A DNA stretch of 64,000 nt from Mobula hypostoma (taxonomy: Eukaryota). The notes below the pieces were generated by a model. It was given only the letters and a program-made list of their open reading frames with translations. It did no database searches and was not told the DNA's origin. The number at the start of each line of letters is the position of its first letter. Positions within the stretch are counted from its first letter, which is position 1. The position numbers were made by a program, and so were the translations under genes. The DNA lies in the NCBI RefSeq assembly GCF_963921235.1, contig NC_086097.1, positions 225,620,001 through 225,684,000 on the forward strand, in the 5' to 3' direction. Of this stretch, positions 50,251 to 60,999 are shown one piece after another.

Positions 50251-50583
50251 CAACCAACACACATCAAAGTTGCTGGTGAACGCAGCAGGCCAGGCAGCAT
50301 CTCTAGGAAGAGGTACAGTCGACGTTTCAGGCCAAGACCCTTCGTCAGGACTAACTGAAGGAAGAGTTAGTAAGAGATTTGAAAGTGGGAGGGGGAGGGG
50401 GAGATCCAAAATGATAGGAGAAGACAGGAGGGGGAGGGATGGAGCCAAGAGCTGGACAGGTGATAGGCAAAAGGGGATACGAGAGGATCATGGGACAGGA
50501 GGCCCAGGGAGAAGGAAAAGAGGGAGGGGGGGGAAACCCAGAGTATGGGCAAGGGGTATAGTAAGAGGGTCAGAGGGAAAAAA

Positions 50584-50631
<48 letters not shown>

Positions 50632-50702
50632 TGTGTAAATAAATAAATAACGGATGGGGTACGAGGGGGAGGTGGGGCATTAGCGGAAGTTTGAGAAGTC
50701 AA
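50251..50702 (-). mobile_element. PLE 3' region / pseudo-LTR insertion, with a (GA)n run at about 50586-50628
   Basis: Reverse complement closely matches 3760-4215. Confidence 0.9.
50316..50353 (-). ncRNA. Minimal type I hammerhead ribozyme motif (PLE-associated), core intact
   Basis: UAGUC-CUGACGA-AGGGUCUUGGCCU-GAAAC-GUC-GACUG: conserved CUGANGA/GAAA core, stem I UAGUC:GACUG, stem II hairpin, loopless palindromic ACGU stem III. Confidence 0.75.
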
Positions 50703-51556
50703 TAATGGTGATGGAAAAAGTGTGTTATTCGGGATTGAAAACTAATCATCACATAGAGAACAGGAAACTGTTGTGAATGACGATTTCTCAGGTTGGAGTA
50801 TGTAATTAGTAGAGAATAATGGGGAAGTTTGGTTTTCGGCCCTCGATTATAAGACAATGAAACAAGCAATTAGAATTAAGCCACTCGACCTATTGAGTCT
50901 GCTCCACAATTTCATCATTGCTGATCCATTTCCCTCTCAACCCCATTCTTCTGCCTTCTCTCCATAGTTGTTCACGCCTTGACTAATCAAGAAATTATCA
51001 ACTTCTGCCTTAAATATACCCCATGACCTGGCCTCCACCTGTAGCAACGAATTCCACAGATTCACCATCCCCTAGCTGAAGGAATTTTTCATTTCCGTTC
51101 TAAGTGGATGTCAGTCTGCTTTGACATTGCGCCCTCTGGTCCTAGAGACTTCCTCGCCATTGGAAACATCCTCTCCACATCTAGGCCTTTCAACATTCAA
51201 TACATTTCAATGAGATCTCCCCTCATTCTTCTAAATTCCAGTGGGTACAGGACTAGAGCTATCAATCAGAATCAGAATCAGGTTTATTATCACCAGGATG
51301 TGACGTGAAATTTGTTAACTTAGCAGCAGCAGTTCAATGCCATACATAATCTAGCAGAGAGAGAGAAAAAAATAAATAAAATAAAACATAATAATAAATA
51401 AACAAGTAAATCAATTACGTATATTGAATAGATTTTTTTTAATGTGCAAAAAACAAAAAAAAACCATTTAAAAAGTGGAGGTAGTGTCCAGAGCCTCAAT
51501 GTTCATTTAGGAATCGGATAGCAGAGGGGAAGAAGCTGTTCCTGAATCATTGAATT

Positions 51557-51794
51557 TGTATTGTCTGAAGCACCTTCAATTACTCCAAAAGACTGAGGTT
51601 TGGTAAAATACTGAAAGGCTTTTATTCGCTGTACAATACGACCTCCACAGTGAGTGTCTGCCCCCGGACTGAGGGGGAGGGGCAAGGCGAACACATTTAT
51701 ACAGGACTCTGTGGGAGGAGCCACAGGGGCAGTCAGCAGAGGGATGTGTCCAGACAGGTAACCGAGTTACAACATATATACATGGCTTACCACA
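51557..51794 (-). mobile_element. Probable short solo LTR
   Basis: 238-bp foreign block in the Rex copy with TGT...ACA ends and minus-strand TATAAA and AATAAA; no clean TSD. Confidence 0.6.
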
Positions 51795-52414
51795 GTGCCT
51801 TCAGGCTTCTATATCTCCTACCTGATGATAACTGTGAGAAAATGGCATGCCTTGGGTGCTGGAGGTCCTTAATAATGGACGCTGCCTCTCTGAGACACAG
51901 CTCCCTAAAGATGTCCTGGGTATTTTGTAGGCTATTGCCCAAAGATTTACAATGTTCTGCAGCTTCTTTCCATCCTGTGCAGTAGCCCCTTCATACCAGA
52001 CAGTGATGCAGCCTGTCAGAATGCTCTCCATAGAAGTTTTTGAGTTTATTTGTTGACATGCCAAATCTCTTCAATATGTTGGGGCCAGGTTAGATCCTCA
52101 GATATCTTGACACCCAGGAACTTGAAACTGCTCACTCTCTCCACTTCTGATCCCTCTATGAGGATTGGTATGTGTTCCTTCATCTTACCCTTCCTGAAGT
52201 CCACAATCAGCTCTTTCATCTTACCGACACTGAGTGCCAGGTTGTTGCTGCGGCACTATTCCACTACTTGGCATATCTCACTCCTGTACGCCCTCTTGTC
52301 ACCACCTGCTTTTCAACCAACAATAGCTGTATCATCGGCAAATTTATAGATGGCATTGAGCTATGCCTAGCCACGCAGTCATGGGTATATAGAGAGAAGA
52401 GCAGTGGCCTAAGC

Positions 52415-52617
52415 CAGTTGTCCCCAACCACCGGGCCGCACGGAAACAATATGATTTGGTGATATGAAACGATATGAGTCAGCTGCACCTTTCCTCATTC
52501 CCTGTCACGCACTGTTGAACTTGGACACCACCACCACCCCCGCCCCCGTTGGCCGGTCTGCAAAAATATTGTCAATATTAAACCGATCCACGGTGTGCAA
52601 AAGGTTGGCTACCCCTG
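52415..52617. mobile_element. hAT-Charlie MITE (deletion derivative of the 23817-25038 family)
   Basis: 8-bp TSD GCCTAAGC (52407-14 and 52618-25); shares both terminal regions with 23817-25038 in the opposite orientation. Confidence 0.92.
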
Positions 52618-55600
52618 GCCTAAGCACACACCCCTGAGTTGCGCCAGTGTTGATCGTCTTCATTCGCTAAGCCTTTCATTCCCGGAATCATTCTCATGAA
52701 GCTTCTCTGAACCCTCTCCAATTTCAGTACATCCTTTCTCAAATAAAGAGCCCAGAACTGATTATAATACTCATAGTGAAGTCTCACCAGTGCCTTATAA
52801 GAAATTGGCATTACACCCTTGCTTTTATATTCTAGTCCTCTCAAAATGAATGATAACTTTGCACTTGCCTTCCTATCACTGACTGTACCTGCAAATTAAC
52901 CTTTAGGAAATCCTGCACAAGGACTTCAAAGTACTGTATCTTTGCACTTCTGATTTTTCAATTCTCCCCCATTTAGAAAATAGTCTATGTTTTTATTCCT
53001 TTCAGCTAAGTGTATGACAATATACTTCCCAACATTATATTCCATCTAGCACTACTTTGCCCAATCTCCTAATTTATCTGAGTCCTTCTGCAGCTTCCCT
53101 GCTTCTTCATCACTACCTGTCCCTACGCCTATCATCATATCGCCCACAAATTTGGCCACAAAGCCATCAATTTTTCATCCAAATCATTGACATACAACGT
53201 AAAAAGAAACGGTCTAAACACCAACTCTTGCGGAAAACCACTAGTGACTCACAGCCAATCAGAAAAGGCTCCCTCTATTCCCACTCTTTGCCTCCTGCCA
53301 AACAGCTAATGCTCTGTCTATGCCAGTATCTTTCCGAAATACCCTAGGTTCTTATCTTGTTTAGCAGCCTCATGTGCGGCACCTTGTCAAAGGCCTTCTA
53401 AAAATCCAAGTACACAGCATCCATTAATTCTCCACAGGTTGGTCAGGTGAGATTTTCCATTAAGGAAACCATTCTGACTTTGGTCCATTTTATCATGTGC
53501 CTCCAAGTAGCCCAACACCACATCCTTAACAATCAACTCCAACATCTTTCTAACCACTGAGGTCAGGCTAACAGGCCATAATTTTCTTTTTTTTGCCTCC
53601 CTCCCTTCTTGAAGAGTGGAGTGACTTTTGCAGTTTTCTAGCCCTCCAGAACCATGTCAGAATCTATTGATTCGTGAAAGTTAATTACTAAATCTTCTAC
53701 AATCTCTTCAGCCAGCTCTTTCAGAACACAGAAGTGTAGTCCATATGGTTTACGTGACTTATTTACCTTCAGACCTTTCAGTTTCCCAGGCACATTTTCC
53801 CTAGTAACGGAAACTAACGTTCAATTCTGCACCCTGACACTTGAACTTCCTGCATTAGTCTTCTCCACAGTGAAGACACAATGCAAAATATTTCTTCAGT
53901 TCATCCACTATTTCCTTTTCCCCTATTACTACCTCTTCAGTGTCATTTTCCAGCGGTCCAATACCTTCTCTCATCTCTCTTATACTCTTTATATCTGAGA
54001 TATTTGATAGAGATATTTATTATCCTCTCTGATGTTATTGGCAAGCTTACCTTCATATTTCATCTTTCCCCCCTTGAGGCTTTTTTGGTTGCATTCTTTT
54101 GGTTTTTTAAAAGTTTCCCAATCATCTAACTTCCCACTAATTTTTGCTCCATTATGCCCTCTCTTTTGTTTTTTTGCTGGCTTTGCCTTACCTTGTCTGC
54201 CACAGTTGCATCATCTTACCTTTAGAATACTTCTTTCTGCACCTTCCGAGTTGCTCCCAGAAACTCCAGCCATTGCTGCTCTGTCATCATCCCTGCTAGT
54301 GTCCCCTTACAATCAATTTTGGTCAGCTCCTCTCTCATGCTGCACTGTAATACTGATACTTCTAACATTAGCTTCTCCCTTTCAAACTGCAGGGTGAATG
54401 CTATCTTGTTATGGTCACTGCATCTTTTACATTAAGCTCCCTAATCAAATTTGGTTCATAACACAACACACATTTCAGAATTGCCTTTTCTCTGGTGGGC
54501 TCAACTGCAAGCTGTTCTAAAAAGCCATTTCTTATGCATTCTACAAACCCACTCACTTGGGATCCAGCACCAACCTGATTTTCCTAATCTACCTGCATAT
54601 TGAAATCCCCCATGACTATCGTAACATTGCCCTTTTGACATACCTTTATGCTATCCCATTGTAATTTGTAGACCACATCCTTACTACTGTATGGAGGATG
54701 GTATATAACTCCCATCAGGGTCTTTTTATCCTTGCAGTTTCATAACCCTACCCACACAGATTCTACATTGTCCAGACCTATATCACCTTTTTCTCAAGAT
54801 GTGATTTAATTTTTACCAACAGAGCCATGACACCTGTCCCTTCAATAAAATATGTATCCTTGAATGTTAAACTCCCAACTATAATCTTCTTTCAGCCACG
54901 TGTCAGTGATGCCCATACTGTTATACCTACCAATCTCTAACTGTGCTACAAGGTCATCTACTTAATTCCGTATACTGCGTGTAGGAAAACATATCATCTT
55001 TAGTTATGTATACACCACCCTTTTGTCCCTATTTTGCATTGCATCTCATGCCACTGACTGGAATTTTGTCCTATCATCTGACTGTCCTTCCTGATAGTCT
55101 CACTACACACTACCTCTGCTTGTAAACCAATCCTCAGCCCTATCACCCTGGTTCCTATCCCCCTGCCAAATTAGTTTAAACCCTCCCCAACAGCTGTATC
55201 AAATCTGCCTGCAAGGATATTGGTCACCCTCTGGCTCAAATGTAAACTGTTTCTTTTGTATAGGTCATACCTTCCCCAGAAAAGATCCTAATGATCCAGA
55301 ACTCCCTGTCCACTGCGCCAATTTCTCAACCATGCATTCATCTGCCAAATCATCCTATTCTTACCCTCACTGGTGTGTGGTACAGGCAGCAATCCAGAGT
55401 CAGCTACAGTGGAGGTCCAGCTTCTCAGCTTTCTATCCAGCTCACTAAAATCTCTTCAGGGCATCCTCACCTTTCCTACCTATGTCATTGGTGCCAATAT
55501 GTACCAGGACATCTGGCTGTTCACCCTTTCCCTTTAGAATGTCAATTCGTGACATCACTGACTTTGGCAGCTGGGAGACAATATACCATCTGGGTGTCTC

Positions 55601-55854
55601 TATCCAGCCACAGAAGGTTGTGACTGTGTTTCTCCTATCACTAGTGCAGTCCTCTTCTCCTCTCCTTCTGAGCTAGTGTGAGACTCAGTGCTGTTCGCTG
55701 CAGCTCCCCCTTACCCCAGCAGATTGTCCCCCTCAACTATCCAAAGCGGTATACTTATTATTGGGGGGAAGGTCCATAAGGGTAGTCTGTATTGGTTGCC
55801 CATTTCCCTTCCTCAACATTACCTCCTGTCCCACCTACTTTCATTTGAGACTCC

Positions 55855-57790
55855 ATACTATGCTGTTGTGCAATCAATTAGAATGCTTTCCACTGTAGAG
55901 CTACAGAAATCTGCAAAAGTCTTTGATGACGTATCAAATTTTCTCATATTCTTTATGAAGTAGAGCCATTGGTGTGCTTTCCTCATGATTGTATCAATGT
56001 GTTGGGATCAGCACAGATCCTCGGAGATATTGACTTCCAAGAACGTAGAGCCCTTTCCACTGCTGACCTGTAAATGAGGACTGGTCCATGTTCTCCCAAC
56101 TCCCTCTTCCTGAAGTCTATAATTGATTCCTTGGTCTTCCTGGTGTTGAGTGAAAGTTTGTTGTTGGGGTACCAGATCTATCTCACTCCTGTATGCCCCT
56201 TCATTACTGGCTGATACTTTACCAATAACATTGGTGTTATCTGCAAATTTATAAATGGAACTTGAGCTGTACTTAACCATGCAGTCATGAGTGTAGAGAA
56301 ATTAGTGCATTGGGCTCAGCAAGTATCCTTGAGGTGCATGTATGTTGATTGTTGCCAGGAAGGAGGTGTTATCAGCAAACTTTATGGACTGTGGTCTCTT
56401 GATGAAGTTGAAGATCCAGTTAAAAAGGTACAGAGACCCAAGTTTGGAAGACTGATAATTAATACTGAGGGGATGATAGCAGTGAATGCCAAGTTATAAT
56501 CAATAAACAATAGGCTGACGTACATTTTGCTGTTGACTGGGTGCTTCAAAGCAGAGTGGGGAGCCAGAGAGTCTGCCATTGGCCTGTTGCAGCAGTGGGG
56601 GAATTGTAACAGCTACAGGTATTTTCAAATGCAGGGCTTAATTCTATCCATGACCATTCTCTCAAAGTACTTCATTATAGTAGACGTGAATGCTACTGGT
56701 CAATGGCCGTCGACAGAGATAGCCCTGCTCTTCTTTGGCACCAGTATTGCTGCTACCCTTTTGGAGCGGGTGGGAGCCTCAGATTGCAGCAAGGGGAGGT
56801 TGAAGATGTCATACATACATAGAACATAGAATAGTACAGCACAGTACAGGCCCTTCGGTCCACAATGTTGTGCCGACCCTCAAACCCTGCCTCCCATATA
56901 ACCTCCCACCTTAAATTCCTCCATAAACCTGTCTAGTAGTCTCTTAAACTTCACTAGTGTATCTGCCTCCACCACTGACTCAGGCAGTGCATTCCACGCA
57001 CCAACTGCTCTCTGAGTAAAAAACCTTCCTCTAATATCCCTCTTGAACTTCCCACCCCTTACCTTAAAGCCATGTCCTCTTGTATTGAGCAGTGGTGCCC
57101 TGGGGAAGAGGCGCTGGCTATCCACTCTATCTATTCCTCTTATTATCTTGTACACCTCTTTTGTGTCTCCTCTCATCCTCCCTCTCTCCAAAGAGTAAAG
57201 CCCTAGCTCCCTTAATCTCTGATCAGAGTGCATACTCTCTAAACCAGGCAGCATCCTGGTAAATCTCCTCTGTACCCTTTCCAATGCTTCCACATCCTTC
57301 CTATAGTGAGGTGACCAGAACTGGACACAATACTCCAAGTGTGGCCTAACCAGAGTTTTATACAGCTGCATCATTACATCATGACTCTTAAACTCTATCC
57401 CTCGACTTATGAAAGATAACACCCATAAGCTTTCTTAAATACCCTATCCACCTGTGAGGCAACTTTCAGAGATCTGTGGACATGTACCCCCAGATCCCTC
57501 TGCTCCTCCACACTACCAAGTATCCTGCCATTTACTTTGTACTCTGCCTTGGAGTTTGTCCTTCCAAAGTGCACCACCTCACACTTCTCCGGGTTGAACT
57601 CCATCTGCCACTTCTCAGCCCACTTCTGCATCCTGTCAATGTCTGTCTGCAATCTTTGACAATCCTCTACACTATCTACAACACCACCAACCTTTGTGTC
57701 GTCTGCAAACTTGCCAACCCACCCTTCTACCCCCACATCCAGGTCCTTTAACATGACAGCCAGTTGGTCAACACAGGTTTTCCATAGCCA
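55855..57790 (-). mobile_element. Rex1/Babar LINE RT region, interrupted by CR1
   Basis: WLWKTCVDQLAVML|DIFNL, YVSLLFIDYNLAF, IYKFADNT. Confidence 0.82.
56813..57745 (-). mobile_element. Relatively young CR1/HER1-like LINE 3' part
   Basis: KFADDTK...LVRPHLEYCVQFWSPHYRKD...TQRAVGAWNALP with few disruptions; (TTCTATG)n tail. Confidence 0.95.
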
Positions 57791-58482
57791 GCTAGATATA
57801 CATTTGGGACTCAACTCCTTGCAAGGGGTTGCCTTTTTGAAGCACGTCCTACATTGGCCTCTGAGACAGAAATCACACGGTTGCCAGATGTTGATGCCGT
57901 AAAGGTGTGGCGTTATTCTCTCTCTCAAAGCATGCATAAAACAGATTGAGCTTATCTGGGAGTGAAGTATCGCCGCCATTTAAGCTGTTAGGTTTTGCCA
58001 TAATAGCATGCAGACCCTGCCACAGCCATTGTGTATCCCTTCTTCTACACAGAATTGCCTTTTCACTCTCAAGATAGCCTTCAGTATGTGTTTGCTTCTA
58101 TGTTACTTTGCACCTGACATAACCCAAGATCTATTGTTAAGGAGGTAATATCTGTATTTCCAGGAAATCATATGGCAATATATTAGAATAATTTATGATA
58201 GAGAAACTGCACTTTAAAAATTCTGAGAAATCTCTGAGGATGTAGTAAACAGGGTGGATAAAGGTGACCCAAGTGATATGGTGTATTTGGATTTCAGAAA
58301 GTGTTTGATAAAGTGCCAAATAAAAAGGTTATTGCACATGATACATGCACCTACTAGGGTTGATATATTGACATTGATAAAAGAGTGGTTTCTATAAAGG
58401 GACTAATTTTGTGACTATACAATAATAGCTGGGTTAGAAAATTGTGAGTCTGACAGAAAGAGTCTGAAAGGAGTATAGAATA

Positions 58483-58610
58483 ACAAACACACACACACAC
58501 AATGCTGGAGGAACTCAACAGGCCAGACAGCATCCATGGAAAAGAATAGGGTCGATGTTTCAGGCCATGACTCTTCTTCAGGACTGGAAAAGAAAGAGGA
58601 AGAAGTGTTA
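58483..58610 (-). mobile_element. PLE terminus with degenerate hammerhead motif
   Basis: Minus strand CAGTC-CTGAAGA-AGAGTCATGGCCT-GAAACATC-GAC at 58549-58586. Confidence 0.8.
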
Positions 58611-58659
58611 ATGTGTGTTTATGAACGGAAGAGATATACTTTGAACACATAGTAGCCAA

Positions 58660-59015
58660 ATAGGTAGATAGATAGATACTTTATTGACCCCAAAAGAAAT
58701 TACAGTGTCACAGTAGCATTACAAATGCACAGATATAAATATTAGAAGAGAAGTAGAAAGAATAAAAATTAAGTTGAACAGGAAGGGGTCATCACTTCCC
58801 CAGCTATAGGTTGACTTATTATAGAGCCTAATGGCCAAGGGTAAGAATGATGTCATATATCACCCTTTGGAACACCACAGTTTTCTTAGTTTGTTACTAA
58901 AAGTGCTCAGCTGTTCAGCCGAGATGCCATTCAGATGGTGAGAAACATTGTCCAGAATTACCAGGATTGTTTGTAGGACCCTTTGTTCTACCACAGCCTC
59001 CAGTGTGTCCAGTTT
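58660..59015 (-). mobile_element. Rex1/Babar LINE 3' end
   Basis: (TCTA)n tail; homologous to 25180-25520. Confidence 0.82.
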
Positions 59016-59707
59016 ATAGATGATAGATGATACAAATAAGTTTCAATAGGTACATTTAATGTCAAAGAAATGTATACAATTTACATCCTGAAGTTTTTTT
59101 TTTGCAAACATCCATGAAAACAGAGGAGTGCCCCAAAAACTGAGTGATAGTAAAATATTAGAACCCCAACAAGCCCCCTCAGCTCCCCCTCCCATGCACA
59201 AGCAGCAGCAAAGCAACGACCCACCCCCTCCCCCACCAGCAAAAATGGCAGGAATGATAATGCTGTACAGACAGGGACTTGGACAGGTTTGCAGATTGGG
59301 TAAGGAAGAGGCAGATGGAATACAGAGCAATGAAGAGAATGATAATGCACTTTAGTAAGAAGAATAAGATGTAGATTACTTTCTAACTGCAAGAGAAAAT
59401 TCAGAAAAGAGAGGTGTAAAGGGACTTGGGAGTCCTAATTCAGGATTTCCCTTAGATTAATTTGCAGTTTGAGTTGATAGTAAGTGTTGAGTATTTAATA
59501 TTTCAGTAATATTTGAGTAATATTGCTTAAGCATTCTTGAGGGGTTTCTGTAAAAATATATAAATTGCAAACATCTTGACACTACCACATCATTTGTGAA
59601 TGTGTTGCTTAAAAGTAAAAATGAACTAAAACACGTTCTCCTGGGCTTCTGTTTATTTTTCATGATGCAATTTAGCAGGAGGTAGTCATATCAGGATCAC
59701 TTAAACT

Positions 59708-59866
59708 GGGGGGGGGAACATGTCGCATCCTTTTCAAGGCGGTTAGTCTACCTTTGGTCCCCACCTGGCACTCAGCTCTCACCTGTGGCTCCCCGTAGCT
59801 GTTTGCATGCGACAGCGGCCACACCCCGGGCAACGGCTTCGACAAGCCGGCTAAACCAGGTGAGGG
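59708..59866 (+). ncRNA. Candidate HDV-like self-cleaving ribozyme with an L3 hairpin insertion
   Basis: P2 CUCUCACCUG:CAGGUGAGGG, P3 GGC:GCC, L3 UCCCCG, P1' ACACCCC, GG-GCAA, P4 CGGCUU:AAGCCG, J4/2 G-CUAA; located at the exact element 5' end. Confidence 0.6.
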
Positions 59867-60241
59867 TAGCCAACGGGTCTCAAACCCTCGGTGAGATAGT
59901 GAGTTGTCTATCCCAGCATGTGAAGACAGACTCCGGCGGATTGAGCGGACGAGACTTATGGAAGGTCCAACAGTCATGAAGGCGGTCTCCGCAAGCGTCG
60001 TGGAACGTGGTAGAGCAGGACAAGACACAGAAGACGTCCTGGTCATCCACTGCGCCTAGTCCCAACTCCAGCCGTCTCGACTCTGTCTTGCCACTGGATC
60101 CAGATGGGAATCGGGAAGAGAGAGTGAGGCTGACGCTGCACAACTCTCCCTCACTTAAATCCAAATCATGCGCTAGTCTCGACACCATCATAATGGTGTC
60201 GAGGTCCTCATCGACGTCAACGATGGACGAACAACCAACCA
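59708..60241 (+). mobile_element. Full-length non-autonomous RTE-like retroposon
   Basis: TSD ACTTAAA(A)CT (59699-59707 and 60242-60251), (CAAC)n tail, CGATGGAC 3' block shared with the RTE end at 31290, 3' hairpin 60178-60203, high CpG retention. Confidence 0.8.
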
Positions 60242-60399
60242 ACTTAAAACTTCCAAAACATAAAACTAATTGCAAGATGTTTAAGTTAAAATAAAGCACA
60301 GTTAGATGTTCAAGTTTTTTTTAAAGCAGCACCGCACATGGATTCTTCTGAAAGGGAAATGAACAAGTTGAAAAGTAAGCCAGAGAACAAATGTATTCA

Positions 60400-60990
60400 T
60401 GCGATCGTAAGCAGTGAGTACCTTCACTGAGGTCTGCCTACAGATGGATTTGGAAGTAGAATCCAAAGTGTTTCTCACTATATACACTCACAAAGGGCTT
60501 TATCACTGTAATAGGCTTATTTTTGGAGTAGCATCTGCACCTGCACTCTGGCAGAAAACTATGGACCAGGTGCTACAAGGCTGCTCTGGTGCTCAGAGTT
60601 ACCTGCATGACATCATTGTTACTGGTAATGATGACATGGAGCATCGCCAAAATCTCAAAGCAATGTTAAAAAGATTAGAAGATAATGGGTTTAGAGCATG
60701 ACGAGGCAAGTGTGAATTCTTCAAACCAAGCATTAGCTACTGTGGTCACACCATTGACACTTGAGTATTACACAAGCATGTTGACAAAATTCAAGTGGTT
60801 TAGGATTATTACACATTCCTGCCAAACCTGACTACTGTGCTCCACCCTTTGAAGTCGTTACTACAGGTTGGGAAGAAATGTCAACTGACAAAGTAGTGTT
60901 GAGGTGTCTTTCAAGAAGATAAAGTAAATGGTGATTTCAGACACTGTACTGATATATTATGATCCACATCATCCAGTAAAACTTTATGTT
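60400..60990 (+). mobile_element. Gypsy RT fragment (different lineage from 36246-43112)
   Basis: LTIYTHKGLYHCNRLIFGVASAPALWQKTMDQVLQG...YLHDIIVTG...KCEFFKPSISYCGH. Confidence 0.88.
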
Positions 60991-60999
60991 GGGGTCTTA

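Larger units (their letters stand above)
49740..50820 (+). mobile_element. Old CR1 RT fragment carrying two PLE-terminus insertions
   Basis: NLLEFFEDVT and YLDF*KAFD remnants flank the inserts. Confidence 0.7.
51263..52655 (-). mobile_element. Rex1/Babar LINE 3' portion with nested LTR and MITE
   Basis: PLLFSLYTHDCVA, KFADDT, FKFLGV, ESILTGCITVWY; (GATTCT)n tail. Confidence 0.88.
50850..55700 (-). mobile_element. Near full-length decayed CR1 LINE (ORF1 esterase, ORF2), split by the Rex insertion
   Basis: ORF1 end at about 55170-55300 (FWGRYDLYKRNSLHL), EN and RT remnants 52660-55000, 3' end 50850-51262. Confidence 0.88.

Noticed and set aside
57407..57979. 190-aa ORF as a novel fusion protein
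   Set aside because: Chance read-through of unique DNA, a Rex fragment and an inserted CR1.
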